64,000 bases of DNA from Calditrichales bacterium (GCA_965267575.1 OZ254086.1:2624001-2688000), one strand, 5' to 3'; shown: positions 36,211-46,934, counted from the stretch's first letter. Made by a program: numbers and translations. Notes: generated by a model from the sequence alone, not told the origin.

Positions 36211-37857
36211 ATGAAAAACATCATTATCGTATTAACGGCCGGATTGCTTTTGGGGCTGGGCGCGGGCTATATCTTTTTCTATGAGGGCAGCGACAGCCAT
36301 GAGCATACAGCCGGCGAAGAAAAAACCCTCTATTCCTGCGGCATGCATCCCGAGGTGATCAGTGAAGAGCCGGGGAATTGTCCAATCTGCGGGATGAAGC
36401 TGACGCCGCTGAAAGATAACAAGCAACAGGCCTCCGGTGAGCGCGAAATCCTCTACTGGCAGGCGCCGATGGACCCGACCGAGATTTACGACGAACCGGG
36501 TAAGTCCAAAATGGGCATGGACCTGGTACCTGTCTACGCTGACGAAGCCGGCGGCGGTGCAGGGCTCATTACCATCGACGGGCGCGTGCGGCAAAATATG
36601 AATCTGCGCACGGCACCGGTTGTGCAGCGGAGAATGGAAAAAACGCTGCGCCTGTTTGGCCAGGTGGTGGCGCCGGAAGACCGCGTCTTCACCATCACCA
36701 GTAAGGTGAACGGCTGGGTGGAAAAACTGCATGTGAACAAAAGCGGCGTCTGGGTAAAACAGGATCAGCCGCTGATGGAAATCTATTCGCCGGAGCTGCT
36801 GACAACGCAGCAGGAACTGGTCAACGCCTCGCGTATGGCGCGCAACGAAAGCAACCTGATGCTGGTGGAAAGCGCCGAACGCCGCCTGCGTCTTTGGGGT
36901 GTTTCAAACACGGAGATTAACAAGTTAAAAGAGACCGGCGAGGTACGCGAAACGCTGTTGATTCGGGCTCCCTACAGCGGCTATGTAACCAAAAAAATGG
37001 TCAATGTAGGCGACCGTGTCAGTGCCGGTATGGGTACCTTGTTCGAGATCAGCGATCTCTCGCAGGTATGGCTGGAAGCCACGGTGTATGAAAACGACCT
37101 GCCCTATGTGAAGGAAGGTCAGATGGCCCGCGTCAGCGCAGACTACCTGCCGGACTTTGAACGCCAGGCACGGCTGGATTTTATTTACCCTTACCTCGAT
37201 CCCGCGTCGCGCTCCGGCACGGTGCGCTTTGTGGTGGACAATCCAAAAAACACGCTGAAGCCGGGTATGTTTGTAAATACGCATTTGACCATCCCGTTGA
37301 ATGAGCAGAGCCTGGCCGTGCCATCGGAAAGTGTTATACACAGCGGCGCGCGGAGGATTGTATTTGTGGAGGTGCAGGAAGGCGCTTTTGAACCGCGTGA
37401 AATCCGCATAGGCGTAAAAACCGCCGACGGCTGGACCGAAGTACGTAGCGGCCTGCGTCCCGGTGAGATGGTGGTAACTTCCGGCCAGTTCCTGCTGGAT
37501 TCGGAAAGCCAGACCCGCGAGGCCATTGCCAAGATGCGCTCGGCGTCGATGCAATCGGATGTTGACGAGGAGATGGGTGACATGGCGAAAGAAGGGGATC
37601 ATGAGCAGGATCAAGATCATGATCATGCGTATTACGCCTGTCCGATGCATCCGGATTTTATTACCAGTGATCCCGATGGGCGCTGCCCGGAATGCGGTAT
37701 GAAGCTTTCGCCCCTCAGTGAAGTGACCGGGGCCGATACGAGCGCCGTTGATTTTTATACCTGCCCGATGCACCCCGAGTTTGTAACGACCGATCCCGAA
37801 GGCCGCTGCTCCATTTGTGAAATGAAGCTGGTGCCGCAGGATCAAGGGGGGCAGTAA
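36211..37857 (+). CDS. cusB: CusB-like adaptor with multiple heavy-metal-binding domains
   Basis: YSCGMHP..CPICGMKL, YWQAPMDP..MGMDL, LKPGMFV, two C-terminal YxCPMHP domains. Confidence 0.9.
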   Translation: MKNIIIVLTAGLLLGLGAGYIFFYEGSDSHEHTAGEEKTLYSCGMHPEVISEEPGNCPICGMKLTPLKDNKQQASGEREILYWQAPMDPTEIYDEPGKSKMGMDLVPVYADEAGGGAGLITIDGRVRQNMNLRTAPVVQRRMEKTLRLFGQVVAPEDRVFTITSKVNGWVEKLHVNKSGVWVKQDQPLMEIYSPELLTTQQELVNASRMARNESNLMLVESAERRLRLWGVSNTEINKLKETGEVRETLLIRAPYSGYVTKKMVNVGDRVSAGMGTLFEISDLSQVWLEATVYENDLPYVKEGQMARVSADYLPDFERQARLDFIYPYLDPASRSGTVRFVVDNPKNTLKPGMFVNTHLTIPLNEQSLAVPSESVIHSGARRIVFVEVQEGAFEPREIRIGVKTADGWTEVRSGLRPGEMVVTSGQFLLDSESQTREAIAKMRSASMQSDVDEEMGDMAKEGDHEQDQDHDHAYYACPMHPDFITSDPDGRCPECGMKLSPLSEVTGADTSAVDFYTCPMHPEFVTTDPEGRCSICEMKLVPQDQGGQ

Positions 37858-40800
37858 TGATAGAACGTATCATTGAATGGTCGGTGAATAACCGTACGCT
37901 GGTCATTGTCGGCGCCGTTTTTTTGGTGGTTGCCGGCATCTGGGCCATCCGTAACACGGCGGTCGACGCCATTCCCGACCTTTCCGACGTGCAGGTCATC
38001 GTGATGACCGAATACTCCGGGCAGGGGCCGCAGGTTGTGGAAGAGCAGGTCACTTACCCGCTGACAACCGCCATGCTCTCCGTGCCCTATGCCAAGGATG
38101 TGCGTGGCTACTCCTTTTTTGGCTTTTCGCTGGTCTACATCATCTTTGAAGACGGCACCGACTTGTATTGGGCGCGCAGCCGTGTCCTGGAATATCTCAA
38201 CTTTGCCGCCAACCGCCTGCCGCAGGGGGTAACGCCGCAGCTCGGCCCGGATGCCACCGGCGTGGGTTGGGTGTATGAGTACGTGCTCGACGGCGGCGAT
38301 GAAGTTGATCTGCAACAACTGCGATCGATACAGGATTGGTATTTACGCTACGAACTGGCCAGTTTGCCCGGTGTCTCCGAAGTGGCCTCCATTGGCGGCT
38401 TTGTGAAGCAGTACCAGGTCAATGTCGACCCGCTAAAACTGCAGGCTTACAATCTCTCCATACAGCAGGTGCGTCACGCCATACAACGCAGCAATAAAGA
38501 CGTGGGTGGACGCTTATTGGAAATGGGTGAGACCGAGTACATGGTGCGCGGCCTGGGTTATATCCGTAACGTGGCAGACCTGGAGAACACGCCGGTGGCT
38601 ATGGGTCCGGATAACAGCCCGATATTGTTGCGCGACATCGCCCATGTGAATATTGGACCGGAGTTGCGTCGTGGCATTGCCGAGTGGAACGGCCAGGGCG
38701 AAACGGTGGGCGGCATCATCATCATGCGCTATGGTGAAAACGCCCTTGAAGTGATCGACCGGGTAAAGCAGAAGCTGGAAGAACTGAAAGTGGGTCTGCC
38801 CGAAGGCGTCACCATCAAAACCGCTTACGATCGCTCCACGCTGATTGAGCGCGCCATTGACAATTTGCAGGGCAAGCTGCTTGAAGAAAGTCTGATTGTA
38901 GCATTGGTGATTATCGTTTTCTTGCTGCATCTGCGCAGTTCGCTGGTGGCGATTGTGGTGCTGCCGTTGGGTGTTTTGGCCTCTTTCCTGGTTATGAAAA
39001 TGCAGGGGCTGAACGCCAACATCATGTCGTTAGGCGGTATCGCTATTGCCATCGGCGCCATGGTTGATGCCGTGATCGTGATGATCGAGAATGCCCACAA
39101 ACATCTGGAAGGTCGCACGCTAAACGGCAAAGAGCGCTGGGACGTGGTTTTGAAAGCATCACGCGAAGTGGGTCCGGCCTTGTTTTATTCGTTGCTGATC
39201 ATCACGCTCTCTTTTCTGCCGGTGTTTACGCTGGGCCAGCAGGAAGGCCGCATGTTTAAGCCGCTGGCATTTACAAAGACCTATGCCATGGCTGCGTCGG
39301 CGATCCTTGCCATAACCATTGTTCCGGTGCTGATGGGCTATTTTATCCGCGGTAAAATTCACAGCGAAGAGAAGCATCCCCTTAGTCGAATCCTTATTCG
39401 CATTTACCGCCCGATTATCAATTGGGTGCTGCGCTTTAAGTGGACGACGATCATAACCGCGTTTGTGATCCTGCTGTTGACGATAATACCTTACCGCCAG
39501 CTGGGTTCGGAATTTATGCCGCCGCTGGATGAAGGCGATCTGCTGTATATGCCAACCACATTGCCGGGGATTTCGATCACCAAGGCCAAAGAGCTGCTGC
39601 AGCAAACCGACCGCATTATTGCTGAATTTCCGGAAGTGGAAAGTGTCTTCGGCAAAATTGGTCGTGCGGAAACAGCCACTGACCCCGCGCCGCTGACGAT
39701 GATTGAAACCACCATCCGCCTGAAGGATAGATCGGAATGGCGCGAGGGCATGACTATGGAGAAGCTGACCGAGGAGCTAAACAACGCCGTGCAGTTTCCC
39801 GGTTTGACCAACGCCTGGACCATGCCCATTAAAACACGCATCGATATGCTGAGTACGGGGATCAAGACGCCCGTGGGTGTGAAACTGATGGGCGAGGACC
39901 TGCAGACGCTAAGCGAACTGGGTCAGAGGATAGAAGCGGTTTTGCGCGAAGTGCCGGGTACGGCCAGCGTGATTGCCGAACGGGTGACCGGTGGTAACTA
40001 TATTGATTTCCAGATCGACCGTGTGGCGGCGGCGCGCTACGGCCTCACCGTCGGTGATGTGCAGGACGTAATCATGTCTGCTATCGGCGGCATGAACGTG
40101 ACCACGACCGTGGAAGGCCTGGAGCGTTACCCGGTCAATGTGCGTTACAGCCGCGAGTTCCGCGACAACCTGCCGGCGCTGCGCGAAGTGCGCATCAAGA
40201 CACCGACAGGGGCTCACATTCCGTTGGAGCAGGTGGCCACGCTGGAAATTAAAAAAGGTCCGGCAGCCATAAAAAGTGAAAACGCGCGCCGTACTGCCTG
40301 GCTTTACGTGGACCTGACCACTGATGATGTGGGCGGTTACGTGGAAGAAGCCCGCCGCATAGTGGCCGAGCAGATTGACTTTCCGGCAGGCTACAGCATC
40401 GTTTGGAGCGGGCAATACGAATACATGCAGCGCGCCAAGGAACGGCTCAGTGTGGTAATTCCTCTGACACTGGTGATCATTTTCCTGCTGCTTTACTTCA
40501 ACTTTAAGAATTTCACAGAAAGCCTGATCATCATGCTATCGCTGCCTTTTGCGCTGGTAGGGGGCATCTGGCTGATGTTTTTCAGCGACTACAACTTTAG
40601 CGTGGCCGTGGCGGTTGGTTTTATTGCCCTCGCCGGAGTGGCGGCCGAAACCGGAGTGGTGATGCTGCTTTATCTGGATAACGCCTTCAAGGATATGAAA
40701 AACAAGGGCATGATGAACAGCGTGGCCGACCTGCGCAAAGCGGTGATTCATGGCGCGGTAGAACGTGTGCGTCCCAAGCTGATGACGGTTTTTACAACTA

Positions 40801-41009
40801 TTTTCGGCCTGCTGCCGATCATGTGGGGAACCGGTACCGGCTCGCAGGTGATGAAACGTATCGCCGCCCCGATGGTGGGTGGCCTAATCAGCTCCACCAT
40901 TTTGACGCTGATCGTTATCCCGGCTATTTACTACATCTGGAAGAGCCGGGCTTTGGCGGGCGGTGTGCACCATGAAGGACATGAAGAGCTTGAAGGAGGA
41001 ATTAAATAG
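37857..41009 (+). CDS. cusA: CusA/SilA heavy-metal RND permease
   Basis: DAIPDLSDVQV, LGPDATGVGW, EFMPPLDEGDLLYMP, RIDMLSTGIK. Confidence 0.95.
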   Translation: MIERIIEWSVNNRTLVIVGAVFLVVAGIWAIRNTAVDAIPDLSDVQVIVMTEYSGQGPQVVEEQVTYPLTTAMLSVPYAKDVRGYSFFGFSLVYIIFEDGTDLYWARSRVLEYLNFAANRLPQGVTPQLGPDATGVGWVYEYVLDGGDEVDLQQLRSIQDWYLRYELASLPGVSEVASIGGFVKQYQVNVDPLKLQAYNLSIQQVRHAIQRSNKDVGGRLLEMGETEYMVRGLGYIRNVADLENTPVAMGPDNSPILLRDIAHVNIGPELRRGIAEWNGQGETVGGIIIMRYGENALEVIDRVKQKLEELKVGLPEGVTIKTAYDRSTLIERAIDNLQGKLLEESLIVALVIIVFLLHLRSSLVAIVVLPLGVLASFLVMKMQGLNANIMSLGGIAIAIGAMVDAVIVMIENAHKHLEGRTLNGKERWDVVLKASREVGPALFYSLLIITLSFLPVFTLGQQEGRMFKPLAFTKTYAMAASAILAITIVPVLMGYFIRGKIHSEEKHPLSRILIRIYRPIINWVLRFKWTTIITAFVILLLTIIPYRQLGSEFMPPLDEGDLLYMPTTLPGISITKAKELLQQTDRIIAEFPEVESVFGKIGRAETATDPAPLTMIETTIRLKDRSEWREGMTMEKLTEELNNAVQFPGLTNAWTMPIKTRIDMLSTGIKTPVGVKLMGEDLQTLSELGQRIEAVLREVPGTASVIAERVTGGNYIDFQIDRVAAARYGLTVGDVQDVIMSAIGGMNVTTTVEGLERYPVNVRYSREFRDNLPALREVRIKTPTGAHIPLEQVATLEIKKGPAAIKSENARRTAWLYVDLTTDDVGGYVEEARRIVAEQIDFPAGYSIVWSGQYEYMQRAKERLSVVIPLTLVIIFLLLYFNFKNFTESLIIMLSLPFALVGGIWLMFFSDYNFSVAVAVGFIALAGVAAETGVVMLLYLDNAFKDMKNKGMMNSVADLRKAVIHGAVERVRPKLMTVFTTIFGLLPIMWGTGTGSQVMKRIAAPMVGGLISSTILTLIVIPAIYYIWKSRALAGGVHHEGHEELEGGIK

Positions 41010-41010
41010 T

Positions 41011-41238
41011 GTCATCTGAAACGGCACGCCGGAGACACGGGGTGTAGGGTGGTTCCGGATTTCTCACCCCTGTCGGGGATTCGAAATGACATTTTTTGGG
41101 CCGAGACTGTCAAAAATCAGCCCCGCTGTCATCTCGAACGGCGTATGCCGGAGAGATCCGGAAGGTATAAGGAGACGTGGGGTTAAACGACAAAGAGTCG
41201 AACCCATCCCCGGCTCTTCCCTTGACCCAAGGGAAGGG
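41011..41238. repeat. Composite repeat, copy 1 (GTCATCTCGAAC/TTCGAAATGAC family plus CTTCCCTTG/CAAGGGAAG hairpin)
   Basis: Collinear with 41799-42025; starts 2 nt after the cusA stop. Confidence 0.85.
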
Positions 41239-41392
41239 TGAACTTTGGGCAGGCAGGCTATATCCACCGGCAAAAATCCCGCAGGGATAAAATTATAGGA
41301 GAATGAATCTAAAAATTCTTTAAACCCCGAAGGGGTGACAAAAGGACAACAAAAATAAATAAACAGAATTCGAACCAAAAGGAGAACAAACC

Positions 41393-41785
41393 ATGAAGAC
41401 TTTATCACTTGCCCTTTTCGCGGCACTACTTATTGCGGCTTGTGGCGGCAAGGAAGAAGCAAAAACCGAAACACAAAAAGCAACGGTGGAGCAATCAACC
41501 GAAGTAAAAAGCAACCTGGAAATGCATGAACATGATGCATCGTTGACGATGCATTCCGACTCGCTTTATGCCTGCCCTATGGACGCGGAATATGTGACCA
41601 GCGACCCCGACGCGCCCTGCGTGCATTGCGGTATGAAGCTGAAAGCAGCCGCTATGGTAAAAACCGACAAGGACATGCAGGCGCAAGCCGCGTATACCTG
41701 TCCGATGCATCCGGAATACGTCACGAGTGAAGCGACCGACCGCTGCCCGCTGTGCGAGATGAAGCTGGAGCCGGTGAAGGGATAG
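41393..41785 (+). CDS. Lipoprotein with two heavy-metal-binding domains
   Basis: Lipobox IAA-C; YACPMD..CVHCGMKL and YTCPMHP..CPLCEMKL. Confidence 0.88.
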   Translation: MKTLSLALFAALLIAACGGKEEAKTETQKATVEQSTEVKSNLEMHEHDASLTMHSDSLYACPMDAEYVTSDPDAPCVHCGMKLKAAAMVKTDKDMQAQAAYTCPMHPEYVTSEATDRCPLCEMKLEPVKG

Positions 41786-41798
41786 AAACACAGGGGTT

Positions 41799-42295
41799 GT
41801 CATCTCGAACGGCGTATGCCGGAGAGATCTTGGATGCTCAGGAGGATACTGGATTTCTCACCCCATTCGGCGTTCGAAATGACACCTTTTTGTGGGAATG
41901 ATTGAAAAGCACCCACACTGTCTTCTCGAACGCATGTGAGAGATCCGGGAGGTTTAGGGAAATATCGGGTTAGACGGCTGGGAGGCGAACCCATCCCCGG
42001 CCCTTCCCTTGGTCCAAGGGAAGGGAGTGTTGCATTGATTCGCCACCCTAATAGGTGAATCCTGACAAGTGTATAGGTTTAACAACAAACCAGAATAACG
42101 CCGATGTCATCTCGAACGGGCCCGTGAAGGCTGGGAGATACCAGATTTCTCACCCCGTTGGGGGATCGAAATGACATTTTACTGGGAACGACTGAAAAGC
42201 TCCTTGTACTGTCATCTCGAACGGCGCATGCCGGAGAGATCTTGGATGCTCAGGAGGATACTGGATTTCTCACCCCATTCGGGGCTGCGAGTTGA
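41799..42295. repeat. Composite repeat copy 2 (41799-42025) plus two further GTCATCTCGAAC REP pairs (42106-42295)
   Basis: GTCATCTCGAAC at 41799, 42106 and 42211 (variant at 41920); GATTTCTCACCCC partners follow. Confidence 0.88.
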
Positions 42296-42319
42296 TACAA
42301 AAATATAAAGGTGGTCTAA

Positions 42320-42742
42320 GTGCTTGAAGAATACGGTCTGGCAGGGCTGTTTGCCGTGGCCTTTGCAGCCGCGACCATTTTACCGTTCAGCTCGGAGGGG
42401 GCTGTGGCCGGGGCATTACTGCTGGGCTGGTCTCCGGCGTGGGTGTTGGCGGTAGCCTCGGCGGGTAATTGTCTGGCCACGCTGTTCAACTATGGCCTGG
42501 GCTATTGGGCGGCGGAGCGCTGGCTGCACCCGGAAAAAATGAAACCCTCCACGCGGCGCGCTTTTAACCTGGCCCATAAGTACGGGTCCTGGAGCCTGCT
42601 ACTCTCCTGGCTGCCTCTTATTGGCGACCCAATTACCATTGCCGCCGGTGTGTTGCGCTGGCGGCTTTGGCTTTTTGTGCCGGTTGTTTTTGCGCTGCGC
42701 GTTGCCCGCTACGTGGCCATCGTTTGGGCGCTGATACCGTGA
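42320..42742 (+). CDS. YqaA/DedA family membrane protein
   Basis: AATILPFSSE, GNCLA..NY.LG, SWLPLIGDP. Confidence 0.9.
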   Translation: MLEEYGLAGLFAVAFAAATILPFSSEGAVAGALLLGWSPAWVLAVASAGNCLATLFNYGLGYWAAERWLHPEKMKPSTRRAFNLAHKYGSWSLLLSWLPLIGDPITIAAGVLRWRLWLFVPVVFALRVARYVAIVWALIP

Positions 42743-42756
42743 AAGTAAATAGGGTT

Positions 42757-43016
42757 GGTCAAGAAGTCTCGAAGTCGCGGGGTCTGGAAGTCTGGGAAAA
42801 ATAAACCCTTTTCATTTTCATTATCCTAATTATCACCGCCGTGTTTCAAACCCTTGTGTACCGCGATTGTCATTCCCGTGAAGACGGGAATCCAGGAAAT
42901 GTGCTTTTGCCGGGGAAACCGATGACTTCTGCCGACGGTGCAGTGGATTCCTGCCTGCGCAGGAATGACAATGATTGACACAACAAACGTAGAGACGCAA
43001 GATTTTGCGTCTCTAC
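42757..43016. repeat. ~260-bp composite element, copy A (8-bp tract + GTCATTCC pair + GTAG REP)
   Basis: Collinear with 48718-48976. Confidence 0.88.
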
Positions 43017-43033
43017 CCCGCCTTATGTCAAAG

Positions 43034-43070
43034 TATCATTTTGATAATCCCCCTTATCATTTTCATAATC
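43034..43070 (+). promoter_or_regulatory. Putative activator site: 16-bp direct repeat at 21-bp period
   Basis: TATCATTTTGATAATC / TATCATTTTCATAATC upstream of the GH3 gene. Confidence 0.55.
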
Positions 43071-43201
43071 TTTGTTCTCGTTTATGCGGCTGCTATTCCC
43101 GTGGATATAAGGCCCGCTGTGTTGCGCTTCGCTGGTACGCTTTTTGAATCATCTCTATCCTTATTCTAAAATTAAAACAGATGCATTCCGTGGAGGCCAT
43201 C

Positions 43202-45484
43202 ATGCAATCACCTTTGACAAAGGTTTTTCTTATTCTTTTTATGTTCCTGGTACTGGCGGCGGGCCAGACGCAGGAAAACAAGCCCCAGGCAACAGTGGAA
43301 CAGCGTGTAGAAACACTGCTCGCCAAAATGACCATCGATGAGAAGATCGGCCAGTTGGCCCAGTTTCATCTGTGGTCGCGCAACAACGAATTCGATAAGC
43401 TGGCTGAAGTGGTCCGCGCCGGTGGGGTTGGTTCTTTCCTGAATGCCGGCGACCGCAAGAGCAAAGAAAAGCTGCAACGCGTCGCGGTGGAAGAAAGCCG
43501 TCTTGGCATACCGATTATTTTTGGGCGCGATGTGATCCACGGGTACCGCACGGTTTTCCCGATACCGTTGGGCCAGGCCGCAAGCTGGAACCCGGATCTG
43601 GTGGAGAAGGCCGCCGCCGTGGCCGCCAGAGAAGCGGCGCAAATGGGCATCCACTGGACTTTCGCGCCGATGATGGACCTGACCCGCGACCCGCGCTGGG
43701 GCCGCATTGCCGAATCGCCGGGCGAAGATCCCTACCTCATTTCAGTCATGTCAGTGGCCATGGTTAAAGGCTTCCAGGGCGATGACCTCAGCGACCCTAA
43801 CACTATCGCTGCCTGCGCCAAGCATTATGTCGGTTACGGCGCGGCTGAAGGCGGGCGCGATTACAACACCACCCTCATCCCCGAGCACGACCTGCGCAAC
43901 TACTTCCTGCCGCCCTTCAAAGCGTCCATTGATGCTGGCGTGGCAACGATCATGAGCGGCTTTAATGACCTGAACGGCATCCCGGCTTCAGGGAATGTAT
44001 TTACGCTGCGCAAAATCCTGCGCGACGAGTGGGGCTTTGACGGTTTTGTTGTCAGCGATTGGAATTCGATGACCGAAATGCTTAACCACGGCTACTGCGA
44101 AGATGAACGTGATGTGGCCAAAAAATCGCTGCAGGCCGGTATTGATATGGAGATGGTTTCGGAAAGCTTTCAAAACCATTTGAAAGAGTTGATTGAATCC
44201 GGCGAAGTGGAAAGCACTTTGCTGGACAAGGCTGTGGCCAACATTCTGCGCGTAAAATTCCGGCTGGGGCTTTTCGAAAACCCCTATCCTGTGCCCGCCG
44301 ATGACTCGGTGATCCTGCACCCCGACCATTTGCAGATGGCCCGTGACCTGGCCGCCGAGAGCCTGGTGCTTCTAAAAAACGACAACAACGTGTTGCCGCT
44401 TGGTGAGAAAACCAAAAGCGTTGCTTTGATCGGTGCATTGGCCGACCGGCCGCTGGACCAGTTGGGCACATGGACGCTGGACGGTAAAGCCGAAGAATCA
44501 ATCACCCCGCTGACCGCTTTCAAAGAAGCCGGGGAATTCAACATCCTTTACGCCCCGGGATACGATCACCCGCGCAGCACGGAAAAAAAGCTGTTTGGAG
44601 AAGCCGTTGAAACCGCCAAAAAAGCCGACGCGGTAATTATGTTTGTGGGCGAAGATTACCTGATATCCGGCGAAGCGCATAGCCGCGCTTTTATAGATTT
44701 GCCCGGCGCGCAGGAAGAGTTGGTCAACGCCGTGGCTGAAACCGGCAAGCCGCTGGTGCTGGTGTTCATGGCCGGTCGCCCGCTGACCTTTGCCTCGTTG
44801 ATTGATAAAGCAGATGCCATCGTTTACGCCTGGCACCCGGGCACCATGGCCGGTCCCGCCATCAGCGATGTGCTGAGCGGGAAAGTGGTTCCGTCCGGAA
44901 AACTGCCGGTAAGTTTTCCGCGCACCGTGGGACAAATCCCGATTTATTACAATCACCGCAACACCGGCCGGCCGCCATCGAAAGACATGTTGGGCATTCC
45001 GCTGGGCACCCCGGAGGATCCCAAAGGCTTCGTTTCCAACTATCTTGATGCTGACTTCACGCCGCAGTATCCGTTTGGCTATGGCCTCTCTTACAGCACC
45101 TTTGCTTACGACGACCTGAAACTTTCCGCGGATAAAATTACAGGCGGTGAAAAGCTGGATGTTTCCGTGCAGCTTAAAAACACGGGCAGCTACTCCGCAT
45201 TAGAGGTGGTGCAGCTTTACATCCGCGACAACGTGGCCAGCATTACGCGCCCTGTCAAAGAACTCAAGGCTTTTCAGCGGATTGCTTTAAAGCCCGGTGA
45301 AGGTCAAACGGTGACCTTTACGCTGGATGAAACCGATCTCGCATTCTACAACGCCGATATGGAGTTTACAGCCGAACCGGGCCGCTTCGAGGTGATGGTC
45401 GGCGGTTCGTCCGCGGACGAGGATTTACTCAAAGCATCGTTTGAATTGACGGATACCACCATGTCTTCCAAAAAGGAAAACTAA
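43202..45484 (+). CDS. bglX: GH3 beta-glucosidase (BglX-like)
   Basis: SRLGIP..GRDVIHG, RDPRWGR, KHYVGYG, FVVSDW, FN3-like C-terminus; GGAGG before the ATG at 43202. Confidence 0.93.
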   Translation: MQSPLTKVFLILFMFLVLAAGQTQENKPQATVEQRVETLLAKMTIDEKIGQLAQFHLWSRNNEFDKLAEVVRAGGVGSFLNAGDRKSKEKLQRVAVEESRLGIPIIFGRDVIHGYRTVFPIPLGQAASWNPDLVEKAAAVAAREAAQMGIHWTFAPMMDLTRDPRWGRIAESPGEDPYLISVMSVAMVKGFQGDDLSDPNTIAACAKHYVGYGAAEGGRDYNTTLIPEHDLRNYFLPPFKASIDAGVATIMSGFNDLNGIPASGNVFTLRKILRDEWGFDGFVVSDWNSMTEMLNHGYCEDERDVAKKSLQAGIDMEMVSESFQNHLKELIESGEVESTLLDKAVANILRVKFRLGLFENPYPVPADDSVILHPDHLQMARDLAAESLVLLKNDNNVLPLGEKTKSVALIGALADRPLDQLGTWTLDGKAEESITPLTAFKEAGEFNILYAPGYDHPRSTEKKLFGEAVETAKKADAVIMFVGEDYLISGEAHSRAFIDLPGAQEELVNAVAETGKPLVLVFMAGRPLTFASLIDKADAIVYAWHPGTMAGPAISDVLSGKVVPSGKLPVSFPRTVGQIPIYYNHRNTGRPPSKDMLGIPLGTPEDPKGFVSNYLDADFTPQYPFGYGLSYSTFAYDDLKLSADKITGGEKLDVSVQLKNTGSYSALEVVQLYIRDNVASITRPVKELKAFQRIALKPGEGQTVTFTLDETDLAFYNADMEFTAEPGRFEVMVGGSSADEDLLKASFELTDTTMSSKKEN

Positions 45485-45485
45485 A

Positions 45486-46904
45486 ATGTTGAAAACAGCT
45501 TTATTGCTTCTGTGCCTGGCGGTATTTGCCCAGGCAGGTGAAACCGCCGGGGTAAAAGTGTACACCACGGCAGAAAACACTGAACTGCGCCTGGCACACA
45601 CGGCCACAAAAACCTTCGCCGACGCGCGTCAGCCGCTGGAAACGGAAGTTTCCGTATTTGTCAATCCCGCCAAAACTTTCCAGACATTCTGGGGCATTGG
45701 CGGCGCCATCACCGATGCTTCGGCCGAAGTGTTTGCCAAGCTTCCAGCGGAAAAACAGCAGGAAATGCTTGAGGCCTATTACGATCCTGAAAAAGGCATT
45801 GGCTACACCCTGGCGCGCACACCTATTCACAGTTGCGATTTCAGCAGCGCCAGCTTCACCTATGTCTCCGACCATGATAAAGAACTGAAAACATTCAGCA
45901 TCGAACCCGACAGACAATACCGCATTCCTTTGATTAAAAAGGCCATTGCCGCGGCCGGTGGGGAACTGCCGTTGTACGCCAGCCCCTGGAGTCCGCCTGC
46001 GTTTATGAAGAGCAATAATAATATGCTTCAGGGTGGCAAGCTGCTGCCGGAGTATTACGAGGCTTGGGCATTGTACTACACCAAATTCATTAAAGCGTAT
46101 GAAAAAGAAGGCATACCGATTTGGGGTATCACGCTGCAAAACGAGCCGATGGCCACGCAAACCTGGGAATCATGCATCTACACCGCCGAGGAAGAGCGCG
46201 ACTTTTTGAAAAACTGGCTGGGACCGGTTATGGAGCGTGAAGGGCTGGGCGACAAAAACATCGTTGTGTGGGACCACAACCGCGACCTGATCCACCGCCG
46301 GGCCAGCACCATTTTTAATGATCCCGAAGCGGCTAAGTATGCCTGGGGTTTGGGCTTCCACTGGTATGAATCGTGGGCCGGTGGCGAGGAGATGTACCAC
46401 AACGTGGGCCTTGTGAATGAGGCCTATCCCGACAAGAAATTGCTGTTTACCGAAGGCTGCGCTGAAAGGTTCAGGCCTGACGGTTACGAGACCTGGAAAA
46501 ACGCCGAACGCTACGGTCGTTCGATGATCCACGACTTCAACAACGGCACGGTGGGCTGGACCGACTGGAATATTTTGCTGGATGAACGCGGCGGGCCCAA
46601 TCACGTGGGTAACTTTTGCTTCGCGCCGATGCACGCCGACACGCGCACGGGTGAATTGATTTATACGCCGTCTTACTATTACATCGGGCATTTTTCCAAG
46701 TTTATCCGCCCGGGCGCAAAACGGGTGAGTACCGCCACCAGCCGTAGCCACTTGCTGGCGACAACTTTTCAAAACGAAAGCGGCAACATGGTCACCGTGG
46801 TGATGAACCAGAGCGACCAAGAGATCAGCTACAAACTGTTTGTTGGCGGGGAAGCCGTTGGCGAAACAATACCGCCGCGCGCCATGCAGACATTGGTTTA
46901 TTAG
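45486..46904 (+). CDS. GH30 glycoside hydrolase (glucosylceramidase-like)
   Basis: SCDFS, SPWSPP, QNEP, FTEGC, GGPNHVGN. Confidence 0.93.
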   Translation: MLKTALLLLCLAVFAQAGETAGVKVYTTAENTELRLAHTATKTFADARQPLETEVSVFVNPAKTFQTFWGIGGAITDASAEVFAKLPAEKQQEMLEAYYDPEKGIGYTLARTPIHSCDFSSASFTYVSDHDKELKTFSIEPDRQYRIPLIKKAIAAAGGELPLYASPWSPPAFMKSNNNMLQGGKLLPEYYEAWALYYTKFIKAYEKEGIPIWGITLQNEPMATQTWESCIYTAEEERDFLKNWLGPVMEREGLGDKNIVVWDHNRDLIHRRASTIFNDPEAAKYAWGLGFHWYESWAGGEEMYHNVGLVNEAYPDKKLLFTEGCAERFRPDGYETWKNAERYGRSMIHDFNNGTVGWTDWNILLDERGGPNHVGNFCFAPMHADTRTGELIYTPSYYYIGHFSKFIRPGAKRVSTATSRSHLLATTFQNESGNMVTVVMNQSDQEISYKLFVGGEAVGETIPPRAMQTLVY

Positions 46905-46934
46905 AAAGAGAACACCAAAGCCAATAAAGAAATC

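Noticed and set aside
41011..42295. IS element or tRNA-like genes
   Set aside because: No transposase ORF, target-site duplication or cloverleaf; the TTCGAA motifs belong to REP palindromes.
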